Positions 1 through 11,149 of a stretch of 64,000 nt of DNA are shown here, piece by piece. The stretch is from the NCBI GenBank assembly GCA_963717505.1, contig OY970342.1, positions 832,001 through 896,000 on the forward strand, written 5' to 3'. The notes below the pieces were generated by a model. The model searched no databases. It was not told the origin of the DNA and was given only the letters and a program-made list of their open reading frames with translations. Both the position numbers and the translations under genes were made by a program. This DNA comes from Candidatus Eiseniibacteriota bacterium. Lineage in GTDB: Bacteria > Eisenbacteria > RBG-16-71-46. The first letter of the stretch is position 1; every line of letters begins with the position of its first letter.

Positions 1-739
1 CGGCCTTCACCTGGTGGTCGGCGGTGACCTTGACCTCGCGACCGCCTCCGGCCAGATCGGTCACCGACACCTGGGTGTTGGTGATGCCGGCTGCGGCGAG
101 CTTCTGCTGGATCTCCTGCTGCAACTGCTGAGCCGACTTGCCGTCGACGCTGACCTGGATCACGCGATCGCGGGCGTAGGCGTACATCGAACCCCACACG
201 CGCTCGGTCTTCGGCGTCGCAGTCCAGGTCGCTTCATATCCACGCTCGCGCAGCGCCTGGCCGAACGCCTCCGCGCGCAACGCTCCCGACTTGCCGGGCG
301 CGTTGGCCTCGAGAACGAACCGCGGTGCGCCATTTTCGACCTCCGCCCGAACCCGCACGCCCTGGACCCCCAGGGCCGATTCGAACTCGCCGGCGATGCT
401 CTTCACCTGCGTCAGGTCATTCAGCCCGGTCAGGGTCAGCGCGACCTCATGACTCGAAGTCTTCTCGTACGAAAAAGGCACCACCATCAGGGCCACGACG
501 ATCACCGCTGCGGCAGCGGCCGTCGCCAGCCATGGATTTCGTTTGATTGGATTCATCATGGACAACCAGCGCTCCTTCCTGGGCTCGGCCGCATCGACGC
601 GGCGCGAGCGCGCCAGAGACAGGCTGTGCTCCAGACGGGGCAAGTCGCGAAGGGTTTCGGTCCGCAATGCCTCGAGATCGCCCGCCGCCTCACGCGGCAA
701 CCCGGCGTCACGAAGGTCCTCGGGCCTCGACTCAGTCAT
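1..739 (-). CDS. Putative membrane-anchored anti-sigma factor / hypothetical protein (3' end runs off the window)
   Basis: Not in the ORF track. Translated by hand from ATG at 739 (AGGAG RBS, start overlaps the end of the ECF gene): MTESRPEDLRDAG...NPWLATAAAAAVIVVALMVVPFSYEKT..., open to position 1. One TM helix; lies directly downstream of an ECF sigma factor. Confidence 0.7.
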   Translation of the reverse strand, partial: MTESRPEDLRDAGLPREAAGDLEALRTETLRDLPRLEHSLSLARSRRVDAAEPRKERWLSMMNPIKRNPWLATAAAAAVIVVALMVVPFSYEKTSSHEVALTLTGLNDLTQVKSIAGEFESALGVQGVRVRAEVENGAPRFVLEANAPGKSGALRAEAFGQALRERGYEATWTATPKTERVWGSMYAYARDRVIQVSVDGKSAQQLQQEIQQKLAAAGITNTQVSVTDLAGGGREVKVTADHQVKA

Positions 740-1367
740 GGCTTCGCTCCTTTCCCACTGCGGCGGTCGGAACCAACCGGGGAATCGAGTTCACGCGTCC
801 CACGACCTGCGCGTCGCGATGAGGCGACGTCGCCGCCGAGGCCAGCCCCAGGCGTTCGTAGTGGCGGCGCAACCGCTCCCGGCCGCGGACCAGGCGCGAC
901 TTGATCGCCGACAACGACACCTGCTGCATGGTTGCGATCTCCTCGATCGAGAAGCCGTCCAGCTCGAAGAGGACGATGGCCTCCCGTTGCACGGGCGGCA
1001 GCGTCGCGAGGGCGGCAGACATCCGCCGCGTCTCGATCGTCTGCTCGCCCCACCGGCTGCCGTCCTCGCTTGCCGGCTCGGCGCCGCTCGGGAACGCGGC
1101 CTCCCAGGGGAGCATCCGCTTCCAGAACGACCGCCGCGCCCGGCTCCGATGCCTGGACAACAGCGTGACGAAGAACCAGGACCGGAACTTCGATTCGTCG
1201 CGAAGCGTGTCGAGCTTGTCGAACGCCCGGAGCACGGCCTCTTGATAGAGATCGTCCCCGTCGGCCGTCGAGCGGCACAGGCGACGTGCGGTCGCCACCG
1301 CCTGCTCGTGAAACGGTGCGAGCAGGGCGGCCAATCGGCGCCAGCGGGCTTCGGTCAAGTCGGTCAT
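732..1367 (-). CDS. ECF (sigma-70 group 4) RNA polymerase sigma factor
   Basis: Region 2 'DGDDLYQEAVLRAF...FRSWFF' and region 4 'LPPVQREAIVLFELDGFSIEEIA...SAIKSRLVRGRERL'. Confidence 0.93.
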   Translation of the reverse strand: MTDLTEARWRRLAALLAPFHEQAVATARRLCRSTADGDDLYQEAVLRAFDKLDTLRDESKFRSWFFVTLLSRHRSRARRSFWKRMLPWEAAFPSGAEPASEDGSRWGEQTIETRRMSAALATLPPVQREAIVLFELDGFSIEEIATMQQVSLSAIKSRLVRGRERLRRHYERLGLASAATSPHRDAQVVGRVNSIPRLVPTAAVGKERSHD

Positions 1368-1397
1368 CCTCGCGTCGCGTTCAGTCCTCTGGAGCGG

Positions 1398-1425
1398 AGA
1401 CGCCTGGAGGGGGTGAAAAAGTCGC
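1398..1425 (-). promoter_or_regulatory. Possible ECF-type autoregulatory promoter
   Basis: Minus strand GCGACT-N17-CGTCT about 30 nt upstream of the ECF start; resembles ECF -35 (GxAAC-like) and -10 (CGTC) elements. Confidence 0.3.
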
Positions 1426-1456
1426 AGGGAGTCGACCTCAACCCACGAGTCCGCCG

Positions 1457-2746
1457 TCAGGATGGCACGCTGCTCTTCAACTCCTCGAGGTCGTGCACCA
1501 GCGTGGACGGATCAGGGTAGCGGTCTTCGAGGCGCTTGCACATCATCCGCCGGATCACGCGGGCCAGCCCGCCGTGGACCTCGGGGTTCCGCGCCTCCAG
1601 AGGCTGGGGCTCGACATTGAGGACGTCCTCCAGCACCTGCGTGAGCGTCGTCGGCGCGAAAGGGGGCTCGCCGCACAAAGCGTAGTAATAGGTGGCGCCA
1701 AGCGAATAAACGTCGGAACGCAGGTCGGCGCGCGACCCGTCGAGCACCACTTCGGGGGCCATGTACATCGGGGTCCCGCGCATGTCGCCGGTTCGCGTGA
1801 ACCGCGCGTGCTCGGCGCTCGAGACCATCTTGGCGAGGCCCCAGTCGGCGAGCTTGGGAACGCCGTCGGCAGTCAACAGGATGTTCGCCGGCTTGATATC
1901 GCGGTGCACGAATCTCTGGCGTCCGGCGTGCTCCAGCGCGCCGGCGATTCGGATCAGGTGATTCATCGCGTCGTGGCTGGTTAGAGGTCCAGCGCGCTCG
2001 ATGCGCTCGCGCAGCGAGCCCCCTTCCATGTACTCCATCGCGAGAAACAGCAGCCCGCCGGCCTCACCGAAGTCCAGCACGCGAACGATGCTCGGATGGT
2101 TCATCCGGAGGCCCGTCTGGGCTTCGCGGATGAAGAAAAGCGCCGTCTGCGAGCTTCCCTGGAAATCGATCGTCTTGATGACGCAAGGCTCCTCGACTCC
2201 GACCGGTCGCGCGAGGAAGGCGACACCGGTCGAGCCGTTTCCGAGCTGGCGGAGAAGTGTGTACCCCTCGATCGAGGGCAGGGTCGATCCGGTCCTCTGG
2301 CCGCCGTCCTCCCGTCGCGGCTCCTCCGCGGTCGTCGCAGCCGGCGGCACGTGGGGCACAGCGTGCGGCGTGGGGGCGACATCGGTCACCCGCTGGAGCG
2401 TCGCGTGGAGGATCGCGGTCCGGTTCGGCGTTCCCGCAGGCGGAGAATCGCGTCCGAGGAGGAAGGTGATGCGCGCCTCCCCGACGAAAAACTCCTCGCC
2501 GGGATCGAGTGCCAACCGCTCGATGCGGCGGCCCCGGGCGTAGACGCCGCCCGGCGCGCCTAGATCGGTGACGAGTAGCTGGTGGCCGACCACTTCGACC
2601 CGACAGGGACCGTGATCGGGTTGCCGTGCGCCGGGAACGCCCGCCGTATCGGCGTCCAGAATCATCGACCGGTTCTCGATCTCCACGCTCTGAGCGGGAG
2701 CACCGTTCCGCTCGATGCGCAACGTCGCGAGCATGCAGGTACCCAT
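1457..2746 (-). CDS. Hanks-type Ser/Thr protein kinase with degenerate N-terminal FHA-like domain
   Basis: GNGSTG loop, VIK, HRDIKPAN, DWG, GTPMYMAPE. The N-terminal beta domain 'LLVTDLGAPGGVYARG' is FHA-like. ORF is open to 2908; the start is more likely at 2746 or 2734. Confidence 0.9.
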   Translation of the reverse strand: MGTCMLATLRIERNGAPAQSVEIENRSMILDADTAGVPGARQPDHGPCRVEVVGHQLLVTDLGAPGGVYARGRRIERLALDPGEEFFVGEARITFLLGRDSPPAGTPNRTAILHATLQRVTDVAPTPHAVPHVPPAATTAEEPRREDGGQRTGSTLPSIEGYTLLRQLGNGSTGVAFLARPVGVEEPCVIKTIDFQGSSQTALFFIREAQTGLRMNHPSIVRVLDFGEAGGLLFLAMEYMEGGSLRERIERAGPLTSHDAMNHLIRIAGALEHAGRQRFVHRDIKPANILLTADGVPKLADWGLAKMVSSAEHARFTRTGDMRGTPMYMAPEVVLDGSRADLRSDVYSLGATYYYALCGEPPFAPTTLTQVLEDVLNVEPQPLEARNPEVHGGLARVIRRMMCKRLEDRYPDPSTLVHDLEELKSSVPS

Positions 2747-2906
2747 CGGGTCTGTGTCTTCCGGGAGCAGCTGGAACGATACACCCGTGCTCCACCCTCC
2801 GGCCACCCAAGCCTCGGCCGGCGCGGCCGGGCGGAGGACAGAGGCGTGGATGACGGCTCCTTCATGAGGTATCTTCTCCTCCCTTCCTCTCGACTCAGGA
2901 GGTGCC

Positions 2907-3311
2907 ATGGCCGTAGCAGATCAGCCGCCGGACGCTGGCAGTGCCTTGGAGGCTACCGTCGCATCGCCGCAGACGCGACCCCGCCCGGATCGCACGATGG
3001 GCGCGGACCCGCTGGCCGCGATTCGACTCGAAGTCGTCGGGGGACCGATGGACGGCATCACGGTCCAGAGCGACGCCGAAACCGTGACGATTGGCCGGGA
3101 TCCGGACTGTAACGTCTCGCTGCCGCTGGACCTCCTAGTGTCGAGTCATCACGCCCGCATCGTGCGCGAGGGCGGAGCATTCTGGCTCGAGGATCTCGGC
3201 AGCCGCAACGGCAGCTACGTGGGCGAGCGCAAGGTGGACGGCCGAGTTCAGATCACCCCGGGAACGCTTTTCGTTCTCGGGAGTACCTGCCTCGAGTTCG
3301 TGCCCGCCTGA
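2907..3311 (+). CDS. Standalone FHA domain protein
   Basis: 'VTIGRDPDC...VSSHHARI...LEDLGSRNGSYV' has the intact GR, SxxH and NG pThr-binding residues. Start may be at 2997. Confidence 0.9.
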   Translation: MAVADQPPDAGSALEATVASPQTRPRPDRTMGADPLAAIRLEVVGGPMDGITVQSDAETVTIGRDPDCNVSLPLDLLVSSHHARIVREGGAFWLEDLGSRNGSYVGERKVDGRVQITPGTLFVLGSTCLEFVPA

Positions 3312-3324
3312 CGAGCACAGCGCT

Positions 3325-5571
<2,247 letters not shown>

Positions 5572-5578
5572 TCCTTCG

Positions 5579-6373
5579 TCAGCGAGCGTCCCGCCGGGAT
5601 CGGCCAGATGGCAGCTTCTCGTTGTTCCGCGCGCCGCCTCGCGGCTCGACCGGAGCGAGCCGCGCATCGCCCGAGGCATCGAGCATCGGGCTCGAGCGGT
5701 CTTCGGCGTGAGGTCCGTCCGAGTAAAGGAGCTTGAGCATCCCCCAGCTGACCTTGGGAACGTAGTCGGCGTCCATGCCATCCCAGGTCTGCGCCGGACC
5801 CGGCGCCGCAGACACCGGTGCGACGAAGTGAAAACGAGAGGCCGTGCGCTCGGGCTCACGCCGGCGCCGGCTGGCCGTGCGGACCCGGCGTCCGTCGAAG
5901 ATCAGGATTGAGAACCGCAGCGGCCGATCCGGAGCCAGGGCGACGCCGGCCACAACCGCCGTCACCGTGTCCCGCGCGGGATGGCGGCGAATACCGATGT
6001 GCCTCCACCCCGGATCGCGGAGCCGCTCGCCCCCATCGATTGACACCAGGAACCGGTACCAGACGACGACGGTCGAATCGCTGTTCGACCCGCGCTCTGG
6101 ATTCCACAGCTCGCACGACAGGGTGAGCGTGTCCTGGCTCACCGACGTCACGCGCAGATGGCCGGCCTTGACCGCCGCCGCGGCGTTACCCGTTCCGCCC
6201 GCGACCGCAGACCACAGGAGTCCCGACAAGATACCGATCCAGGTGGCGATGCGGCCGAATCGAACCGTAACCACAGCCGGACGGCGAGGGATGCAATCCA
6301 TCCCTCGCCGCGGCGTGACGTCACGATCGCCGGTCCTGACCCGATTGAGGACGATCATGACTCCGGTCCTCAC
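5579..6373 (-). CDS. Hypothetical exported protein
   Basis: 264-aa ORF with a hydrophobic segment (IATWIGILSGLLWSAVAG) followed by a beta-rich domain. GTG start overlaps the TGA of the upstream gene (GTGA); true start uncertain. Confidence 0.6.
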   Translation of the reverse strand: MRTGVMIVLNRVRTGDRDVTPRRGMDCIPRRPAVVTVRFGRIATWIGILSGLLWSAVAGGTGNAAAAVKAGHLRVTSVSQDTLTLSCELWNPERGSNSDSTVVVWYRFLVSIDGGERLRDPGWRHIGIRRHPARDTVTAVVAGVALAPDRPLRFSILIFDGRRVRTASRRRREPERTASRFHFVAPVSAAPGPAQTWDGMDADYVPKVSWGMLKLLYSDGPHAEDRSSPMLDASGDARLAPVEPRGGARNNEKLPSGRSRRDAR

Positions 6374-6762
6374 CAGCAGAAGTTGGGGTAGGAGACCGCC
6401 CGTTGCTGCTGATTGACCACGGTACCGGGGACGGTCTCGACCTCGATGCTGAGCTTGAGGCCGTGGGCGTCGCGCGGTGCGTAGAGCCGGAACACCTGAC
6501 CGGGCGCCAGGGGCATCAGCACCAGCTGCCAGGTGTGCAGCGGCGGCATGAACTCGCTGGCGCGAGCGATCAGGCGATAACGCATGGTCGAGGAGGTGGT
6601 GGTGCCGGCGTTGCGGATGTTGAAGATGTTGGAGCCCCGGCCGCAGACAGATTCGACGTTGAGGGTGACCTGGGCGTTGCTGCCATCGGCATGGGCGAAC
6701 GGAATCGAGAGGCAGAGGGCGGCGACCAGGGTCAGCATGAGCGACTTGCGATTGCGGTACAT
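6370..6762 (-). CDS. Small secreted protein, 130 aa (copy 1)
   Basis: AAGGAG RBS; signal peptide MYRNRKSLMLTLVAALCLSIPFAHA; beta-sandwich-like mature part with two Cys. Protein identical to 11323-11715. Confidence 0.85.
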   Translation of the reverse strand: MYRNRKSLMLTLVAALCLSIPFAHADGSNAQVTLNVESVCGRGSNIFNIRNAGTTTSSTMRYRLIARASEFMPPLHTWQLVLMPLAPGQVFRLYAPRDAHGLKLSIEVETVPGTVVNQQQRAVSYPNFCW

Positions 6763-7097
6763 GGTGGTGATCTCCTTAGAGTTGGTTGAGAGTGAGTGGT
6801 TGAAGTGAGTGAAGGGTTTTTGGTGGAGCGATCGAGCGAACTGGGATCCTCGGGGTAGAGCCGGTGGTGTTCGGGTGGTGCCGTCCTCCTTTCGCGAGAG
6901 CCATCGAGTGGTGAGTTGCTTCGCGGGGGAGGTAGAGCAGCGCACGTGCCGGTCGTGCGGCGGAGCGGGGCAAGGGCGCGAGGTGGCTCGGGGAGAGCGA
7001 GTTAGCGGGATGGGGGACGCGGGGCGGCGGCGCGGGCGGACTCCGCGCGCGGAGAGAAACTCTACGTCCGGCGAGGATTCCTCTCAGGACGTGAAGA
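6372..7097 (-). repeat. 726-bp inverted repeat, left arm
   Basis: Reverse complement of 10988-11713. The one mismatch I found is 6987 vs 11098 (non-coding part compared base by base; coding part gives identical translations). Confidence 0.97.
6936..6951 (-). promoter_or_regulatory. Sigma54 -24/-12 promoter (copy 1)
   Basis: CGGCACG-TGCG-CTGCT, i.e. GG-N10-GC, matching TGGCACG-N4-TTGCW. Confidence 0.7.
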
Positions 7098-7260
7098 GGG
7101 ACACGGGTGGGCGGCTTCGGGTGCGGGGGCCTTGTGACCCCATGAAGGCTCGCCTACATTTGCCCTGCTTGGAGAATTCTCGAGTGAGACAAGCGGCTCG
7201 ACCGCCATCAGGGATGCTCGAGGCGCAGCACGATCACCCGATCGACCGGAGGCAATCATC

Positions 7261-9204
7261 ATGATCGGCAGCGTGATCGACCGAACCTATCGCGTTGTCC
7301 GTCTGGTCGGCGACGGCGGGTTCGGAGTGGTTTACGAGTGCCAGGAACTGGAGCTCCATCGCTCGGTCGCCCTCAAGATGCTGAAGCCGGAGGTGACCGG
7401 AGAGAGTGAGATGCGGCGGTTCCTGGCGGAAGCGAAGAACATGGCCAGCTTGAACCACGCCAACGTGGTTCACATCTACCGTTTCGGCGTCTTCGAGGAC
7501 CGACCCTACATCGTCATGGAGTTCGTGCGCGGGCAAACACTCGATGAGCACGCGAAGCGGCAGCCTTCGATCCGGAACGTCCTCCAAGTGATGACCCAGG
7601 TGGCATCCGGCCTCTCCGCCATACACGGGATGACGATCGTGCACCGCGACCTGTCGCCAACGAACATCATGATCACCGAGGACGGCACGGCGAAGATCCT
7701 GGACCTCGGTCTGTCGCGGGACATGAGCAGCATGTCGGGCATGAACTCGAACCATCAGCTTCGAGGGACGCTCCCGTATGTCTCACCCGAGCAAATCGAG
7801 GAGCGGGGGGCCACGACTCTCTCGGAAATCTTCTCGTTCGGCGTGATCCTGTACGAGCAACTGACCGGGCAGCACCCGTTCCACGCCGAGCACCCGGTCT
7901 CGCTGATCTACAACATTGCCCAACGGGATCCGGACCCGGTCGGCGATCACCTGGAGAACTGCCCGCCGGAGCTGGCGGACCTTGTGCACGAATGCCTGCA
8001 CAAGAAGCCTGAGGATCGGCCGGCCAACATGGCGACGGTGAAGGAACGGCTCGACCGCATCTTGTCACGCCCGAGCCTCACCGCAGCCTCGCGCCCCGTC
8101 GTGGTAACCGCTGTCGAACCGCGGGCGACGCCACGCAATCCATACTTGAACCGCGTCATGATCAAGCACCGCGCCGACTTCTTCGGCCGCTCGCAGGACG
8201 TCAAGCGAATCTTTGCGCGGCTCAACGCTACGCCTCCCGGATCGATCTCCATCGTCGGGGAGCGCAAGATCGGGAAATCCTCGCTGCTGAACCACGTGTA
8301 CGCGCGCCAAACCCGGCAGACGTTCCTCGAGAATCCCGACGCGATGGTCATGGTGTTCCTGGACCTCCAAGAGGAGAAGGGAATGTCCATGCAAAGCTTC
8401 GTCAAGACCCTGCTCGGCATCGCCAACTATGAATTGCGCGGACGGCTGGACGTCTCCAGCTGCGCCCACAACCTCGACGGCGTGAAGGACTTGGTGCAGC
8501 GCCTGGACGCTGCGAACTACCGGCTGGCGATCCTGCTCGACGAGTTCGAGGGAGTGACGACGAACCCGAATTTCACGCTCGAGTTCTTCTCGTTCCTGCG
8601 CTACCTGGCCAATCACTACAACGTGGCCTACCTGACGTCTTCGGCATGCGACCTCCAGGTTCTCTGCCACACGAAGGAAATCTCGGACTCGCCATTTTTC
8701 AACATTTTTTCGACGATGCGTCTGGGGGTCTTCGAGCGATCGGAAGCCGATGAGCTCATTCGCGTTCCTTCGGAGCGTGTCGGCAAGCCGCTCGCCACCC
8801 ATACGGATCGGATCCTCGAGATGACGGGGCTGTTCCCGTTCTTCATCCAGATGGCGTGTTCACACGCCATCGAGCACCTGGACGAACACCCCGAGGCGAA
8901 GGCGCCGGATTTCGACGCGATCCGCCGCCGCTTCTACGAGGAGGCACGGCTCCACTTCCGCTATGTGTGGGATGGACTGGACGCGCACGAGCGGAGCACT
9001 CTGGTTCGGGTGGCTCAGGGCCGAGGCATTCCGGACTCGCTGAAGCACGTCCTGTCGGAGCTCGAGGTCCGGCACTACGTCGATGAAACACAGCGAGGCC
9101 CGCGGCTCTTTGCCGGTACGTTCGGACAGTACGTCCGCGAGGAAGCGAAGCGGATGCGGAAGCCTTCGCTCCTCGAGCGCATGTTCCAGGGCGCGGGGGG
9201 GTGA
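7261..9204 (+). CDS. Ser/Thr kinase fused to a STAND-like P-loop ATPase
   Basis: Kinase: GDGGFG, VALK, HRDLSPTN, DLG, GTLPYVSPE. ATPase: NPY...FFGR, Walker A GERKIGKS, Walker B LLDEFE, GLFP (GxP-like). GGAGG RBS. Confidence 0.9.
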   Translation: MIGSVIDRTYRVVRLVGDGGFGVVYECQELELHRSVALKMLKPEVTGESEMRRFLAEAKNMASLNHANVVHIYRFGVFEDRPYIVMEFVRGQTLDEHAKRQPSIRNVLQVMTQVASGLSAIHGMTIVHRDLSPTNIMITEDGTAKILDLGLSRDMSSMSGMNSNHQLRGTLPYVSPEQIEERGATTLSEIFSFGVILYEQLTGQHPFHAEHPVSLIYNIAQRDPDPVGDHLENCPPELADLVHECLHKKPEDRPANMATVKERLDRILSRPSLTAASRPVVVTAVEPRATPRNPYLNRVMIKHRADFFGRSQDVKRIFARLNATPPGSISIVGERKIGKSSLLNHVYARQTRQTFLENPDAMVMVFLDLQEEKGMSMQSFVKTLLGIANYELRGRLDVSSCAHNLDGVKDLVQRLDAANYRLAILLDEFEGVTTNPNFTLEFFSFLRYLANHYNVAYLTSSACDLQVLCHTKEISDSPFFNIFSTMRLGVFERSEADELIRVPSERVGKPLATHTDRILEMTGLFPFFIQMACSHAIEHLDEHPEAKAPDFDAIRRRFYEEARLHFRYVWDGLDAHERSTLVRVAQGRGIPDSLKHVLSELEVRHYVDETQRGPRLFAGTFGQYVREEAKRMRKPSLLERMFQGAGG

Positions 9205-9263
9205 CGCTCGGCGGCGCCGCCGCCCCCGGCGACCGCGGCGCACGAGTCACCGAGCCCGGAGCA

Positions 9264-10868
9264 TCATCCCCCGAGGCCGTACTCCTTGAGCTTCTTGTAG
9301 AGGTAGGACTCGCTGATTTTGAGTCGCGCCGCGAGCTTGGCCCGCGTCATCCGCGGATAGCGGCGGAGGGCTTCCTCGAGCAACGCCTTCTCCTGCTGAG
9401 CCAGACTTGCGGTCAGCCCCTCGTCGATGTCGGCGACCTCGCCGCCGAGAGCGACTCCCGGCGTTGCACCCCGTTCAGGGGGGGCCTGGTCGGCGGCCGC
9501 GGCCCCTGAGCCACGCGTCGGGCCCAGCAGCCGTAGAACCATCCCCTTCCCGACCCGGCCGTCGGGCTTCTCCAGGACGAGGCGCGCCGCGAGTTGTTCG
9601 AGAGAGCGAACGTTGCCCGGCCAGGCGAAGTCCAGAGTCCTCAGGAACTCCTCTGCCTCGGGCTCGAGCTCGACCCAGCGCCCCTCTTCGCTCTGATCCA
9701 GGCAATGGCGTAGGACCAGGGGAATGTCCTCGACACGTTCGCGGAGCGGCGGGATGCGCACGGGAACGAAGTTGAGCCGCTCGAAGAGATCCCGGCGGAA
9801 CCGGCCCTGCATCACCTCTTCCTCCAGGTCGCGATTCGTGGCGGCAATCACCCGGACGTCGGACTTCAGTTCCTTTGGATCTCCGACACGCTCGTATGTC
9901 CGCTCCTGCAGCAGCCTCAGCAGCTTTGGCTGGATCTCGAGAGGAAGGTCCCCGATCTCGTCCAGGAACAACGTCCCCCCGTCTGCCGCCGGGACCTTCC
10001 CCAGACGATCGCTGACCGCACCGGTGAACGCTCCCTTGCGGTGGCCGAACAGCTCTGCTTCGACCATGCCACGTTCGAGGGAGGGGCAGAAGACCGTGAT
10101 CAACGGCTGCCGTGCGCGGTGGCCACCGTAGTGAATGATGCGCGCCAGGATGCTCTTGCCGGTACCCGTCTCACCCAGGATGAGAACGGGGAAGGTGGCC
10201 GAGGCGATCTTGTGCACTTGAGTCCCCAGTTGCTGAACCACCGGGGATTTTCCGATGAAGCGGCCGAAGGACCAGTCGCGGGACTGCGCGTCGCGGCTGG
10301 CTTCGGCTTCTTCGCGGAACTTCGACTCCGAAATCACGAGCTGATCCCGCTCGTGCAGGACGCTCCGGCTGGCCCTCAGCGCCTCGAGGACGGGGCCGGC
10401 CAGGTCGAGCAGGCCCCGCAGCAGTTCCTGGTGTTCGCGGGTGAAGTGTCCGGCCCGCCCGTTCTCGAGATGGACCAGGGCGGCAATCCCGTCGCTGGTC
10501 TTGATCGGCATGCACAGCACCGCCGCCATATGCACCGCCATGACCGAGCGCTGATGCTTGAAGCGCGGATCCAGAACCGCGCTGTAGAGGGTGATGCCCT
10601 CGCCGGTCTTCAGGACCTGTTCGAAGATGCCCTGGCTGAACGACGCGGACTCCCCATCGAGTCGTTCGGGCGAGAAGTTGTGGAGCACCTGGAAACTCAG
10701 CGTCCCACCACTCGACACCTCCACGAACACGCCGCGATCGGCCTGGGTCCGTGCGACCGCCTCGTCCAGAATCGTCCGCAGGACCGTGATGGGTTCGGCG
10801 ATCTGACACAGAACGGCCCGCAGAGCGTCCAGTAGAGGTTTCGAAGGAAGTGCTTCGGCAGCCGGCAT
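9264..10868 (-). CDS. Sigma54-dependent transcriptional activator (GAF-AAA+-HTH bEBP)
   Basis: GAF-like N-terminus (DPRF...AVLCMPI), GETGTGKS, ELFGHRKGAFTGA, LFLDEIG, WPGNVR, C-terminal Fis-type HTH. Confidence 0.95.
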   Translation of the reverse strand: MPAAEALPSKPLLDALRAVLCQIAEPITVLRTILDEAVARTQADRGVFVEVSSGGTLSFQVLHNFSPERLDGESASFSQGIFEQVLKTGEGITLYSAVLDPRFKHQRSVMAVHMAAVLCMPIKTSDGIAALVHLENGRAGHFTREHQELLRGLLDLAGPVLEALRASRSVLHERDQLVISESKFREEAEASRDAQSRDWSFGRFIGKSPVVQQLGTQVHKIASATFPVLILGETGTGKSILARIIHYGGHRARQPLITVFCPSLERGMVEAELFGHRKGAFTGAVSDRLGKVPAADGGTLFLDEIGDLPLEIQPKLLRLLQERTYERVGDPKELKSDVRVIAATNRDLEEEVMQGRFRRDLFERLNFVPVRIPPLRERVEDIPLVLRHCLDQSEEGRWVELEPEAEEFLRTLDFAWPGNVRSLEQLAARLVLEKPDGRVGKGMVLRLLGPTRGSGAAAADQAPPERGATPGVALGGEVADIDEGLTASLAQQEKALLEEALRRYPRMTRAKLAARLKISESYLYKKLKEYGLGG

Positions 10869-10921
10869 CGAACGAAGCTCCTGCGGATCGACAGAAACGC
10901 AATCGATAGAAAAGCGCTCGG

Positions 10922-10927
10922 ATTATA
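10922..10927 (-). promoter_or_regulatory. Sigma70-type -10 box for the bEBP gene
   Basis: Perfect TATAAT on the minus strand about 55 nt upstream of the bEBP start, in GC-rich DNA. No good -35. Confidence 0.45.
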
Positions 10928-10992
10928 GGACGGCTGGGGTCTCCGGAGCACTCCGGAGGGATGCAAAGCCTCTCGCGCCGCGCACGGTCTTC

Positions 10993-11044
10993 ACGTCCTG
11001 AGAGGAATCCTCGCCGGACGTAGAGTTTCTCTCCGCGCGCGGAG
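10993..11044. promoter_or_regulatory. Candidate upstream activator sequences (two palindromes); mirrored at 7041-7092
   Basis: ACGTCCtGaGAGGA-a-TCCTCgCcGGACGT (10993-11021) and perfect CTCCGCGCGCGGAG (11031-11044), about 90-140 bp upstream of the -24 GG. Confidence 0.5.
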
Positions 11045-11133
11045 TCCGCCCGCGCCGCCGCCCCGCGTCCCCCATCCCGCTAACTCGCTCTCCCCGAACC
11101 ACCTCGCGCCCTTGCCCCGCTCCGCCGCACGAC

Positions 11134-11149
11134 CGGCACGTGCGCTGCT
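11134..11149 (+). promoter_or_regulatory. Sigma54 -24/-12 promoter (copy 2)
   Basis: CGGCACGTGCGCTGCT with GG at 11135-11136 and GC at 11147-11148; divergent from a sigma54 activator gene. Confidence 0.72.

Noticed and set aside
14-1520. Plus-strand ORFs 14-904 and 543-1520
   Set aside because: Antisense to the ECF sigma and its downstream membrane-protein gene, which have RBSs and coherent features.
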